Assembly (NCBI RefSeq): GCF_006345805.1
Contig: NC_043004.1
Location: forward strand, 21,762,001 to 21,826,000
Direction: 5' to 3'
From: Octopus sinensis
Lineage: Eukaryota
DNA: 64,000 nucleotides
This document shows, piece after piece, positions 39,884 to 52,446 of the stretch; within the stretch, counting starts at the first letter, position 1, and each line of letters begins with the position of its first letter. The notes below the pieces were generated by a model. The model did not search any database, was not told the origin of the DNA, and saw only the letters and a program-made list of their open reading frames with translations. The position numbers and the translations under genes are program-made.

Positions 39884-40266
39884 GGAAGCACTCCGTCGGT
39901 TACGACGACGAGGGTTCCGGTTGATCCGATCAACGGAACAGCCTGCTCGTGAAATTAACGTGTAAGTGGCTGAGCACTCCACAGACACGTGTACCCTTAA
40001 CGTAGTTCTCGGGGATATTCAGCGTGACACAGAGAGTGACAAGGCCGGCCCTTTGAAATACAGGTACAACAGAAACAGGAAGTAAGAGTGAGAGAAAGTT
40101 GTGGTGAAAGAATACAGCAGGGATCACCACCATTCCCTGCCGGAGCCTCGTGGAGCTTTAGGTGCTTTCGCTCAATAAACACTCACAACGCCCGGTCTGG
40201 GAATTGAAACCGCGATCCTACGACCGCGAGTCCGCTGCCCTAACCACTGGGCCATTGCGCCTCCAC
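39881..40266 (-). mobile_element. SINE family C, full length, tail variant 2
   Basis: tRNA-like head GTGGAGGCGCAATGGCCCAGTGGTTAGGGCAGCGGACTCGCGG; tail ends CCCTCGTCGTCGTAACCGACGGAGTGCTTCCACA; sits within (TA)n. Confidence 0.9.
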
Positions 40267-40327
<61 letters not shown>

Positions 40328-40680
40328 TATATATATATTATATATATATATATATATAAACTTATGTATACTTACATACATGTATGTATGAGTTTCTATA
40401 CAGGAACTACTCTCGTAATTGTGCCACCTGACTTTTGCATAACGTAGAGCACTGTGTGAAGCATATGAGCAACGCATGACGAAGAAGTTAAAATGTTTAA
40501 TATGTTTAATAATAACTAATCTCTTCATCAGGTAATAGCATGCATCAGTATTTTATCAGTGCATTACATCGGTAGAAGGACGTGGAAAGAAAGGGATTGT
40601 GTTTGCCTATCTAATATTACCTTAAAAAAATCAAATATAAAATGAATCGTCTTTATGATATGTAATTATCTATGTATATA

Positions 40681-40858
40681 TAGGCGCAGGTGTGGCAGTG
40701 TGGTAAGAAGCTTGCTTCCTAACCACATTGTACTGGGTTCAGTCCCACTGTGTGGAAACTTGGGCTGGTGTCTTCTACTATAACCTCGAACCGTCTAAAG
40801 CCTTGTGAGTGGATTTGGTAGTTGGAAACTGAAAGAAGCCCGTTATATATATATATTA

Positions 40859-40934
<76 letters not shown>

Positions 40935-40951
40935 ATATATATATATATATA

Positions 40952-40989
<38 letters not shown>

Positions 40990-41019
40990 TATATATATAT
41001 AATATATATAATATATATA

Positions 41020-41081
<62 letters not shown>

Positions 41082-41250
41082 TGTGTGTCTGCGTTTACGT
41101 CCCCATAACTTAGCGGTTCGGCAAAAATTAACACCAGAATAAGTACTAGGCTTACAAAGGATGACTTCTTCTGGGATCGATTTGTTCGATTAAGGCGGTG
41201 CTCCAGCATGGCTGCAGTCAATTTACTGAAACAAGCAAAAGAATAAAAGA

Positions 41251-41252
<2 letters not shown>
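40681..41252 (+). mobile_element. SINE family A with expanded internal (TA)n
   Basis: Head 40681-40845, ~230 bp (TA)n(TG)n, tail 41085-41252. Tail tandemly duplicated at ~41395-41565. Confidence 0.88.
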
Positions 41253-41321
<69 letters not shown>

Positions 41322-41342
41322 TATTCCTAAATCGCTCTGAAC

Positions 41343-41379
<37 letters not shown>

Positions 41380-42048
41380 GTGTGTGTGTGTTTGTGTGTC
41401 TGCGTTTACGTCCCCATAACTTAGCGGTTCGGCAAAATTTAACAGCAGAATAAGTACTAGGCTTACAAACAATGACTTCTTCTGGGATCGATTTGTTCGA
41501 TTAAAGGCGGTGCTCCAGCATGGCTGCAGTCAATTTACTGAAACAAGCAAAAGAATAAAAGAATATAATATATATATATATATATATTAATATTCCTAAA
41601 TCGCTCTGAACGAGACTACGGCATCAGTACTGATATTAATAATTATTGCCAAGCTATTAATATCAGCTTCGCAATAACATGGCAGTCCAGGAAAATAGGA
41701 CGAATGCTGCCGTTGATTAGCTCTAAGAGGCCATCGCCTCTAGCTAGCTATGTGACACACAAACCTGTGTCCATCAAAACCTTCGAACAGGGGAGGTCAC
41801 ACAGCTAGCTAGAGGCAATAGTCTCTTGGAGCTAATCAACGACAAGATTCGTCTTATTTTCCTGGACTGCCATGTTAGCTTGACAATAACTATTAATATT
41901 CAGTACTGCTGCCGTAGTCTGCTTTAAAGAGATTTTGGAATATTAATATATATCTATTTCTGAAAACCAGTGGATGTGTTCTACTGAATATAGGTAAATA
42001 AACCTTCGAACAGATAGTCAGCAGCGACGCATGCTGGGTTCGGCTACT

Positions 42049-42089
42049 CCACATTGAGAAGGGGCAATCACCCTGAAACTAGGATGTGG
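42049..42089 (+). ncRNA. Hammerhead-like motif with U3:A8 core variant, probably inactivated
   Basis: CCACA-TTGAGAA-GGGG-CAATCA-CCCT-GAAA-CTAG-GA-TGTGG; stem I extends via GCTGG..TTC/GAACCAGC and GTCAGCAGC/GCTGCTGAC. Confidence 0.5.
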
Positions 42090-42224
42090 TTGTTGAACCA
42101 GCAAGAGGAAGCTGCTGACCTCCCCTGTTCGAAGTTTGTAATAGGCACAGGTTTGTGTGTCGAATAGCTAGCTAGAGGCGATAACCTCTTGGAGCTAATC
42201 AACGGTAGTATTCGTCCTATTGAG

Positions 42225-42281
42225 TATAACGCTCAGGAATAGAAAACATCTTTTACATTTCGAGCCTACACTCTTCTACAG
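42225..42281 (-). ncRNA. Truncated hammerhead-like motif of a third family
   Basis: Minus strand CTGTAGA-A-GAGT-GTAG-GCTC-GAAA-TG-TA-AAAGA; 5-prime strand of stem I absent. Confidence 0.35.
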
Positions 42282-42332
42282 TCTATGTACCTGAACTGCT
42301 ATGTTAGCTTGGCGATAACTATTAATATTGCA

Positions 42333-42500
42333 GTTCTATATTTAAGAGATGAGGAATCATGTACATTATTTACATTTTACGGATATTTGAACTCATTTTG
42401 TTTGTTGTTAATACAACGTTTCGGCTGATATACTCTCCAACCTTCATCAGGTGTCTTGGGGAAATTTCGAACCTGAGTTCTCATTCCTAAGGTAGGTTTC
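42333..42500 (-). mobile_element. Family H1 repeat with hammerhead (42410-42455)
   Basis: Reverse complement GACAC-CTGATGA-A-GGTTG..CAGCC-GAAA-CG-TT-GTATT. Confidence 0.78.
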
Positions 42501-42641
42501 GAAAAATAGCTTAGGAAAGAGAAACCAGGTTCGAAAATTCCCCAAGACACCTGATGAAAGCTGGAGGGTATATCAGCCGAAACGTTGTGTTAACAACAAA
42601 GAAGATGAGGACAAATGTCCGTCAATTGTAAATAATGTAAT
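42501..42641 (+). mobile_element. Family H1 repeat with hammerhead (42546-42591)
   Basis: GACAC-CTGATGA-A-AGCTG..CAGCC-GAAA-CG-TT-GTGTT; head-to-head with the preceding copy. Confidence 0.78.
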
Positions 42642-43959
42642 GAACTATATATATATATATATATATATATATGACACACACATAAACAAACACACATTTT
42701 TTGGCATACATGAGTCGTTATTAATCTTATAATTTGAATTTCACGGAGATAGATGGTTCTTATACAATAGTGCCAAACAATTAAATACAAATAAATTCTA
42801 AAATTACAGTCTGAATAGAAGTCAAACATGAAGTGGTGAGAATAAAGAAGATATAATCCATTTACTCTACAAATAGAATACCAAGTTTGGGTCGAATTCA
42901 GCATATCCGTGTATATACTATATTCAGATACTCCCATATGTATCCATGCATATATGGACATGTTCAAACTGTTACATATACATGTACCTGAACGCATCAA
43001 TATACACATATACATGACTTTACATATATATGAAATTATATACCGATGCTCGCCGGTATGCTGTTTGTCGATCCGCTGTGGGAAAGCAGGGAAAGTTCAG
43101 GTTTACATAGAGAAAGACTGCAGATGGGCTGAGGTTCACTACTGCTATTTCAGACGCGTGTTTTGTTGCTGAATAAATCGCGCACGTCATGAATAAAACA
43201 ATTTTTATTTCAGGGGAATTAAAAATTAGAATTTAAAACTTTGGTTTGGGAGAAATACCAAGATGTAGAATTTCTGTTGACCGTCTTATGTTATGTATAT
43301 ATGACTTAAAGTGTATGTATGGGAATTGGTTCGTCCATGCATGTATAATATAACTGTGTATGTGTGTGTATATATATATGTATGTAGGTTTACATATGTG
43401 CGTGAGGATGAAGGCATGTGCGTGTGTGAGAGCAGTATGTGTGCAAGTAAGAATGTGTTGTAGGAAATGTTCTTGTGGTGTTCTGGGGTTTAACACCACT
43501 ATAAATCTTTTGACGCCTGAAGCTTTGTTTTCCACTTTCCTAAACTTACCTAGCTTCTCATGTAAATCCTGTTGTATTCTCTCTGTCTTCTTAAGTTTTA
43601 TCTCTGGTTATCTATTTAAAGAAATGATTTACGTGTATGAAATCTGGCTATGCGTTGGTATGCTTTCACTCTTATTTTTTTGCCAAAATGAGAGGGTCAG
43701 CACAAATTCAACATCTTAGTATGTTTCCTGAGCTAAATTTTAATTTTTAATTTTTAATTCACCTGAAGAAAATGGGGTTTTTTTTTCATGATATAATCGG
43801 TTTATTCATACACAAAAATCGCATCTGAAACAGCTGTAGTGAAACTTAACCCATTTGCATGTTTTCTTTCTGTTTTTCATTATATATACATAATATAAAG
43901 ACTGCCCTCAAACAACCGCATTTTCTTCCATTAGAGGAACTATTTACATCATCCTATAA

Positions 43960-44572
43960 CATCGGTGATAGGAGTGATTAGACGACAATCTCAGCTGGAG
44001 TACCCACATCAACAATAAAAACAACATGGCTCCCATGGATCCTTAGAACTTTCCGGTCCGGAGAGGAAGATGTCACTATTCCCCTCTTCTCTTATGTATG
44101 GCAACACCTAGAGTACTGCTGCCCTTATGGTCCCCCTACACCAAGAAAAACATTTCGAGAATTGAGTCACCCCAGACAGCATACACTACAAAAGAAAATG
44201 TCATGACTTCATAACTGGAACTGCCTTAAAATGTTGAATCTTAATTCTGTCCAGCGCTGTCGTGAGCGCAACATATTAACTGCAACACAATTTCTTTTCT
44301 TCAATAGGCCCTGCTTTATTTAAAATTATCCCAAAACAAAGAAGGAAATTATGCCATCACCTCCAAACGAAACCTGGACAAAACCCTCCAAGGGTTACCA
44401 GATAAACAACCTATACCTGTATTCATCTCAGTCAACAGCAACTCTCTAAACGAATGGGCCGTGACGCCACAAAACTTGACATAAAAATGACTTAACAAAT
44501 CCTATCGGGTGGTGCTACTACATTAGAAATGGCTTGGCCAGTCTTTGGTCGAAACATATCTAAGTTTATCTA
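43960..44572 (+). mobile_element. CR1/L2-group LINE 3-prime relic
   Basis: DDNLSWSTHINNK..WILRTFRS..QHLEYCC(P)..WSPYTKKNISRIE..LKMLNLNSVQRCRER. Confidence 0.8.
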
Positions 44573-45619
44573 CTTTATATATACTAGCAGGACCCGTGAT
44601 TATTTCAGAAAACGTTTTCCCCCAAAACCCAAAAGCTTAGCCTGTGTTGTGTTTGCATAGAAATGTAGCTGCACATCTGCTGCTCATTGAAAAGTGAAAG
44701 AAATTAGAAACATGCTTTATATACAAATATTATATGCTTTATGCACAATTTTGAGCTTTGAGCGTTCCCTATCGGAGTGTTTTCTGAACACTAGGTGTCA
44801 TGATCACATCGTGTGCAATCTCTCAGTTAATTATAATACGTCATCACAATCACGTAAATTTATCTCTGTAAATGATAGCTTAGCTAGAAATTCTAATTGT
44901 GCATTGTATTCTCTTGAAACCTAGAGATTAATATCGTTCTGTTCAGCATATATCAGCATAAATTAGAAGTAGGAAATACAGACAAAATTTAAACATTTCC
45001 TTTACGCTTCATTTAACTTACTACTCTTGATATATACACAAGGAATGTATTAAGTGTCATCCAATATCCAAGTTATATTTGTTGCCTTGAGTTATGTTCA
45101 AAAACTCATTTTTATTGCACATAATTCTAAAATAAATATCTATCGACCGAATTTACAAACATAATGTCATAACTAAGAATATATACATTTTACTTATCTC
45201 TCCAATAGTAATAAATTGATAATGCTTCACGTATTTATACGAGCTGTTTAAAGAATATGAGAAGATATACTATAGTAAATCAAACGTTACCTCCTATGCT
45301 GAGGTCTCCTCAATGTTTGTTCTCTCTTTATTTCATATTTCACAGCGGACATAAAATATATTTGATACAGAAAACTCGATTTCATATTCAAATGCTATTT
45401 ATTTTACAAGACAATTCCTAATTTATGTCACTTTTATAGTTATCAAACACTAAAGGACACTCATATAATTTACATCGTCATATATTCGCCATATTCTAAC
45501 TGATTAGTTTTCTATTAAGACTTAGCAGGCAAAATATATACACGCAGTAGAGTTATTATGTTACTGCGTAGGGTAAAATTTGACAGTGATGTTAAATGAT
45601 AGTTCAATCACACATGATA

Positions 45620-45950
45620 GGCAAAAATCATTGCAAACATACTTACACATACGGGCACACACATATATATACACATACACACATATACGCACACATATAT
45701 ATATATACATATATATATACACATTCATATATATATATATATATATACATACATACATATATATATATACATAAATATATATATATACATACATATATAC
45801 ATGTATATATATATACCTCTATGTATATATACACATGCATATACAGATACATGTATATAATATATACATGCATATAAGTATACATGTAAATATATATGTG
45901 TATATATATATATATGTGTATACATGTATATATATATGTGTGTGTATATG
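45620..45950. repeat. Compound (TA)n/(CA)n microsatellite
   Basis: Directly visible. Confidence 0.95.
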
Positions 45951-45984
45951 AATAATGGATTGTAGACAATCCACTATTCATCAC

Positions 45985-46460
45985 TAAAAATTGTGTGTGA
46001 CACATTTAATGTCTCTCACATAGCAGTATGACAATCAGCTTCAGCTATGGCTTTGATTCGGTCACCATCAACTTCAGTAGGGCGACCAAAATATTGATCA
46101 TCTTTGAGTGAAAAATCTCCGGAACGGAATTTTTAAAACCATTTGAGACATGTACGTTGTGTTAAGCAATCAACACCAGAAACTTCACATATCTCTTTGT
46201 GAGTCTCAGCAGCTGTCTTGCCTTTACAGAAATAAAAAGCAAAATATGGCGAAATTGTTCGTTTTTGCACTCCATTTTTAAATTGACACTAAACTGACAG
46301 CAGTAAACAAAATTACGTGCAATATGCTCTTTAAGTATGCTAAAAGTAAAGGCTATTAAATGTCAAAAGAGAAAAATCATAACATTGACAAAAGTTATTC
46401 AAATAAATCGTATTTCTATATATTTGCGAAAAACGAAATTACTTTCTTGCAAACCCAACA
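45985..46460 (-). mobile_element. mariner transposon 5-prime fragment
   Basis: ATG at 46275: MECKNEQFRHILL..KGKTAAETHKEICEV..RTCLKWF.KFRSGDFSLKDD..GRPTEVD; terminus TTGGGTTTGCAAGAAAGTAAT. Confidence 0.85.
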
Positions 46461-47074
46461 GATGCTTTTGGTTAGATCGGACCTAAAATTCACCTAAATA
46501 TGCCCAATGTCACGATGGTGTCTTCATGACTTCAGCACACATGCACCTGCAACCATATATGTTCCTTCAGGCATGCACTGACTCATGTTTACAAACAAGT
46601 GCAAGAATGGACTTATGGACACATACCCATACATGTAGCCTAAATACGTTCGCGCACACATATTATGTAGTAGGCTCTAGCGTGTAATAACTCACATACA
46701 CTCTTATACGCATACACACTCTCACGCACACCCAATAACACATCCGAATTCACACATTCTTACGTCATGTACGCACACACACACACACACACACACAGGT
46801 CATGCTTCTACCGGCTCCTAGACTCTTGGATACCATCAGCTTCCTGCACATCTATGACGTCCAAGAAACTTCCGTTTCTAACGGAACTACCGTGATGACA
46901 ACACATTGTTACCCGCCTTGACCAATAGCAGCCCATTTTCAGGTAGCCATCGTAGACAACCTGTACTTTTCCATTCACTAATATGAGCCTGAACGAGTTA
47001 GGTTTCTGCAAGAAGCCTACGAAACTTTAAGTGGCATGCGGCCGAAACAAACTCTATTAATGATAATGACATCC

Positions 47075-47440
47075 GTTTCTACTAAAGGTAGAAGCCCTAA
47101 AATTTTGAGGGGGGAGATTTGTCGCTAACATCGACACCTGTGTTTCACTGGTACTTAACATACTAACCCCGAATGGATGAAATGCAAAGCCGACCTCGTC
47201 AGAATTTGAACTCAGACCGTAAAGACGGATGAAATGCCTCAAAATTTTGCCCGGCGTTCAAACGATTCTGCCAGATTGTCGCGCTAAAAAGAATGATAAT
47301 AAAAATGATTTCAAATTTTGCAACGAGGGCAGCCATTTGGGGGAGTCGGCTAAATCGACAGCAGTATTTCACTGGCACTTAATTTATCGACATCGAAAGG
47401 ATGAAAGTCAAAGTCGACCTTGGCGGAACTTGAACTCAAA
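47075..47440 (-). mobile_element. Two tandem SINE family B copies
   Basis: GGATGAAA..AAAG.CGACCT.G.C.GAA.TTGAACTCA at ~47175 and ~47399. Confidence 0.8.
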
Positions 47441-47465
47441 ATTGTAAAAACAATAATACTAATAC

Positions 47466-47521
<56 letters not shown>

Positions 47522-47564
47522 GTGTATATATATGCATATATATAAATCTCTATATAAATATACA

Positions 47565-47604
<40 letters not shown>

Positions 47605-47649
47605 ACCATATATATATACATATATACATATAAATATAAATATATGTGT

Positions 47650-47713
<64 letters not shown>

Positions 47714-48204
47714 CACGGTCAACTACAGCCTTTCGGCTTCTGACTAGCGCCATAACAACAGCGATATTTTCGTCTGCCGTAAGGCATTATTTTTCAAATA
47801 CGCCAGCTAACTTGAACAGTCTAAAGTCGAAAGACGACTGTTGTTTTTGTCCTGTTATTATTATTATTATTATTATTGTTTTTTGTATTTATATTCGTAT
47901 TACTTTTTTATTTTTTGTATTTATATTCGTGTAACGTCGTCCGTTTTCCTGTCATTGTTTCGTATACATTCGATCCTTTTTCCAAGAAATCTAATGATCG
48001 TAGGTTAGTTTTTCCTTGGGGCTGGCCAGATCGGAGCAATCTCAAGATTAATCAGCCGAAATTGCGAGGATGATCCGGTTCTTGACTGAAGATTAGAGGC
48101 TCCGAATGACCCGTCCGTTGTTTGTATCGTCTATTTGAATGTTTTGCGTTCTTGTCCCATTTTGTATTTTTATATATATTTTTATACATATATATATACA
48201 TATA

Positions 48205-48587
48205 TCTCTCTCTATATAAACGGCAGTTTGTCTGTGCGTGTTTCTGTGTGTCTGTTTGCTTGTACCCTCGCCCTGACCACGGCTTTCAACCGATTCTGAT
48301 GAAACTTTATACACACATAGCCCAATGTCATAATTCAAAACTAACGCAGCGAAAATTTTGAAAAGTTCCCCCAGTTCTGAAAACAATCGATAAATTCGAC
48401 ATGGGGTCGAGAATCAGAAACACAAACCACAAACTGTCTAGGGGACGCAACTCCACCTTTTTTAACTCTCAAAAAAAATTTACCATCATTTTTTTCCATT
48501 TTTTGCTATTTTTTGGCTATAACTCTCTAAAAATGCTTTATAGTTATTTCCCTTACAAACCTGAGCAACGCCGGGTGATACTGCTAG
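48205..48587 (+). mobile_element. Non-autonomous Helitron, copy 1
   Basis: 5-prime TC, subterminal hairpin CCTGAGCAACGCCGGG, 3-prime CTAG, inserted between A and T, no TSD. Confidence 0.85.
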
Positions 48588-48618
<31 letters not shown>

Positions 48619-48629
48619 TTTTTATATCT

Positions 48630-48800
48630 TGTTTGGAAGATTCTTCATGCGAATGTGTTGAAGCATATTAATTGTCTGAGGGGAGAGTCATTCTTTTTTA
48701 GTGCCTTATTACTTAACACACTCACCGGTTCGATTTCCACTTCATTTACTTATTCATTCTTTCTAAAGTTTTCGTTGCGTCTTGCAACTTTTCCAATAGC
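48630..48800 (-). mobile_element. Penelope-type end with degenerate hammerhead-like motif (48763-48799)
   Basis: Minus strand CTA-TTGGAAA-A-GTTGC-AAGAC-GCAAC-GAAA-AC-TT-TAG. Confidence 0.4.
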
Positions 48801-49801
48801 TGTTGAGTAGCACACACTCACACACATATACATACACGCACACCGAATAACACACCCGCATTCACACATTCTCACATCTTGTATACACACACAAACACAA
48901 GCACACATACAGGCATTGCTTCTGCCTACTTCCAGACACTTAGATGCCACTAGCTTCCTGCACAGCCACCCGATCAAAGAAACTCCCGTATATATATATG
49001 ATTCTTTTCATATGTATAGAGGTACAGTATGGTGAGAAGGCTCAGAACTTATAACATTAATCTATTTAGAGAAGTCTTAATCAACATAATATAATGGCAT
49101 GATTGGTCACTTTATCTAGACCAAGTGTTACCATAGCATCATAACGAACATGCCCGAATTAAAGAAGGAGGACACTGTAATTGCTCGACCATTCAAGAGC
49201 AGGGATGAAAACACTGAAATCATTTCTATCATAAAACATAATTACTTGGTAAGATGACCCTATACACACTAGGCCGTAAATCAATGACAGGATGTCGGTG
49301 ACTGAAGCAATTTTTATCTTCGATGTGCTTGATCGAGCGGACCAGGGTTATAGAAAATTAGCAATAGACATGCAATATTGATTTAAATATGATCTAGTAT
49401 TCTCTTATGCAATATGATTTTCAAGTTACCAGTGACGTATTTATATTGTTTGCATGCACATGCACTTACTAAATCACACAGAGATGGATACACAGGTATA
49501 ACTGTATGAATACGCGTAGTTATGCATATATGTATATATTTGTATGCATTTATATACATGTGTGTGTGTGCTTGGATACAAAGACCGATAGGTATAAATT
49601 TAAACGTATTGAAGTATTGCTATTTCGAAGGAGATTGCATGACGGTTAACCAATATTTAGAATACATAAATCCATGTAAATCCAAATTCCACTCAAGTAT
49701 TAAATATAATTTGTCGTCCGATTTCATATCCGCGTTTGAATAATGTGCGGTGTATACCCGAGAGTAAACATCATAAATGTGATCTATGCCCCTACCTTGT
49801 G

Positions 49802-49850
<49 letters not shown>

Positions 49851-49861
49851 GATAGATAGAT

Positions 49862-49904
<43 letters not shown>

Positions 49905-49921
49905 ATATATGCAAGGCATGA

Positions 49922-50305
49922 TCTCTCTCTATATAAACGGCAGTTTGTCTGTGCGTGTTTCTGTGTGTCTGTTAGGTTGTACCCTCACCCTGACCACGGC
50001 TTTCAACCGATTCTGATGAAACTTGACACACACATAGCCCAATGTCATAATTCAGAACTAACGCAGCGAAAATTTTGAAAAGTTCCCCCAGTTCTGAAAA
50101 AAATCGATAAATTCGACATGGGGTCGAGAATCAGAAACACAAACCGCAAACTGTCTAGGGGACGCAACTCCACCTTTTTTTACTCTCAAAAAAATTTACC
50201 ATCATTTTTTTCCATTTTCTTTGCTATTTTTTGGCTATAACTCTCTAAAAATGCTTTATAGTTATTTCCCTTACAAACCTGAGCAACGCCGGGCGATACT
50301 GCTAG
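49922..50305 (+). mobile_element. Non-autonomous Helitron, copy 2
   Basis: Nearly identical to 48205-48587 with the same TC...CTAG termini and A/T insertion site. Confidence 0.85.
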
Positions 50306-50559
50306 TATTATAATAAAAATGATTTTCCTGTTACATTCTACCCTCGGGTATACATGTATATATATATTCCATATCTAATTACACAAAAGTGTAAAGTTTT
50401 ATTGCTATGAACTGGTCTGATTACCCTGATTCAAACAGTATTTATTTTATTTTCTTTTCGATTCCTTTTAAATCTGTCCTCTTATATGGTACCTTAATAT
50501 CCTTTCTATCGGTGGTCCGCGATGTGAATGCATCCTGATCTAATGAAGGTTTTTTTTCT

Positions 50560-50905
50560 ACTAAGTATATCAAATTATCTGTTCCCTTAATACCTAAAAT
50601 TGTCGATCTAGGTTTAAGTGATATCAGAACTATTGTCATATCACATTTCATCACGAAACTCTAATGTTATGTAACCTGAGCTTTTATGATCGCTCACCTA
50701 GAATATATTGAAAAGGAATATGTAATCCCGAATGCATTTCATCCACTCTCATCGGTAAACCCTTAAACAAAGCTACATAAGAATGCCCATTATGGATGAA
50801 TAAGTAATGCAACTGAATTGAGTAAATGCACATAAATGCTCCACCAAAGCGTACCAGTAGAAACACATGTCGGATTTGAATACAATGAGAACAAAATTGC
50901 AATTA
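50560..50905 (+). mobile_element. Possible Penelope endonuclease relic
   Basis: Traces IKLSVPLIPKI and NATELSK (cf. VKISYSCMPNI, T.LSKYIW). Confidence 0.35.
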
Positions 50906-51697
50906 ATATATTTTGAAGCCTTATAATTGACCATTTTTTATTATGATATTTTGGTTAAATACTCTATATACTGTATGAAATTCAATGCAGCGAACTCGGG
51001 ATTTACTATCGACTGAATTACCGTTTAAATATTTATCGTAAAAACAATTCTATATGTTTCCTGTCATTCGATGTGGTTAGCCAGATCTGGATTATATCAG
51101 AGTGCTAATAACGTACCTACTTTGATTCCAAGTCCCCATTGCTTTACGTTGCACGCGCGCGCAGGTCTACACACAAACTCACACACACAAACACACACAC
51201 ACACACAAACATACACACACACGCACGCACACACATGCACACACACGCGCACAAACGCACACACGTAACCATTTATATGAATGTGTACTTATATTCATAT
51301 ATTCATAATGCATAGTGTTCACATTGTGTGAATAACTCATTTTATACACTGCAAGCCACAAATTATAAATGACAGGAAAGAGATTGTCAAGGAATATCAA
51401 ATGGTTGCTTTGGTAACCAAATCCGTAGTGTGACACAGCCCCTCAAGCAACACGTTAAAACATCACCACTTCATGCCATATCTGATTATAAAAGCTTTCA
51501 TCTCCGTTCTTCGGCGTCTGACTCGAAAGAACTTTGCTAATTAGTTAAGTATTTCAATGAAGTGGCTATTTTTAATGTTTCCGAGTATATTCTAGAAAGC
51601 AATATCACCAAGATAGTTCCGATTTCTTTTCTTGAATCTTCATTCACTTTACAATGTATTAAAATTACAATTCTTATGCGCGAATGTTTGCAATATT

Positions 51698-51790
51698 CGT
51701 GGCAGTGTGGTAAGAAGCCTGATTCCCAACCACATGGTTCCGGGTTCAGTCCCACTGAACAGGTGTCTTCTACTATAGTCTCGGGCCGAC
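51698..51790 (+). mobile_element. SINE family A head fragment
   Basis: GTGGCAGTGTGGTAAGAAGC..CCGGGTTCAGTCCCACTG..GTGTCTTCTACTATAG. Confidence 0.8.
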
Positions 51791-52297
51791 ACATACACAC
51801 ACTCACGCAAGAACACAAGTGAGATTCCAAATTCTGAACAGCAGTGCATTCTTAAATTACATCATGGCAAATGTTCTGCTGTCATCAGATATATTTTTAC
51901 AAACATACGTGAAAGGTATAGAAATGGGAGATGATTCGCTAACCAGATACACATTCCTATACCATATAGTTGGTTATTTCCTACCTTTGAGGAGCATAAA
52001 AATGTTCCCTCCCACTGCCAGGAATTGCAGTCTCATCCCCGGACTATACTTCAATAAACATTGCTGCAAAAGCGCTTCTGAATATAATACAAAATGGAAA
52101 CGATATTATTAGACCTCAACATTTCTTTGTTATGATGTCATCTGAGAATGCATGAATAAAATTGGATCGAAACGGGTGTTGTGAATCTTGAATCTCACTT
52201 GTGTCGTTCTTTTATACATACGCTACAGATGGAAATGTCCTTGAGTTAGATCTACAGTTAATAAAGGTTTGGGAACCTATGTATATATGCATTCATG

Positions 52298-52299
52298 TA

Positions 52300-52368
<69 letters not shown>

Positions 52369-52405
52369 CTCTCCCTCTCTCCCCCCCCTCTCTCTCTCTC
52401 TCTCT

Positions 52406-52445
<40 letters not shown>
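52298..52445. repeat. (TCTA)n, (CT)n, (TA)n microsatellites
   Basis: Directly visible. Confidence 0.95.

Positions 52446-52446
<1 letters not shown>

Larger units (their letters stand above)
41583..42330. mobile_element. Inverted cluster of a second Penelope-type repeat family (H2)
   Basis: 41583-41756 is the diverged reverse complement of 41797-41950; 42117-42222 is the reverse complement of 41693-41799; contains a hammerhead-like fold at 42049-42089. Confidence 0.65.

Noticed and set aside
40190-40266. tRNA gene
   Set aside because: The tRNA-like sequence is a SINE head continuing into a repeated body, with no clean acceptor stem or terminator.
47000-47055. CTGCAAGAAGCC...GGCCGAAAC as a hammerhead
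   Set aside because: Core mis-spaced, no UH site and only weak stem I.
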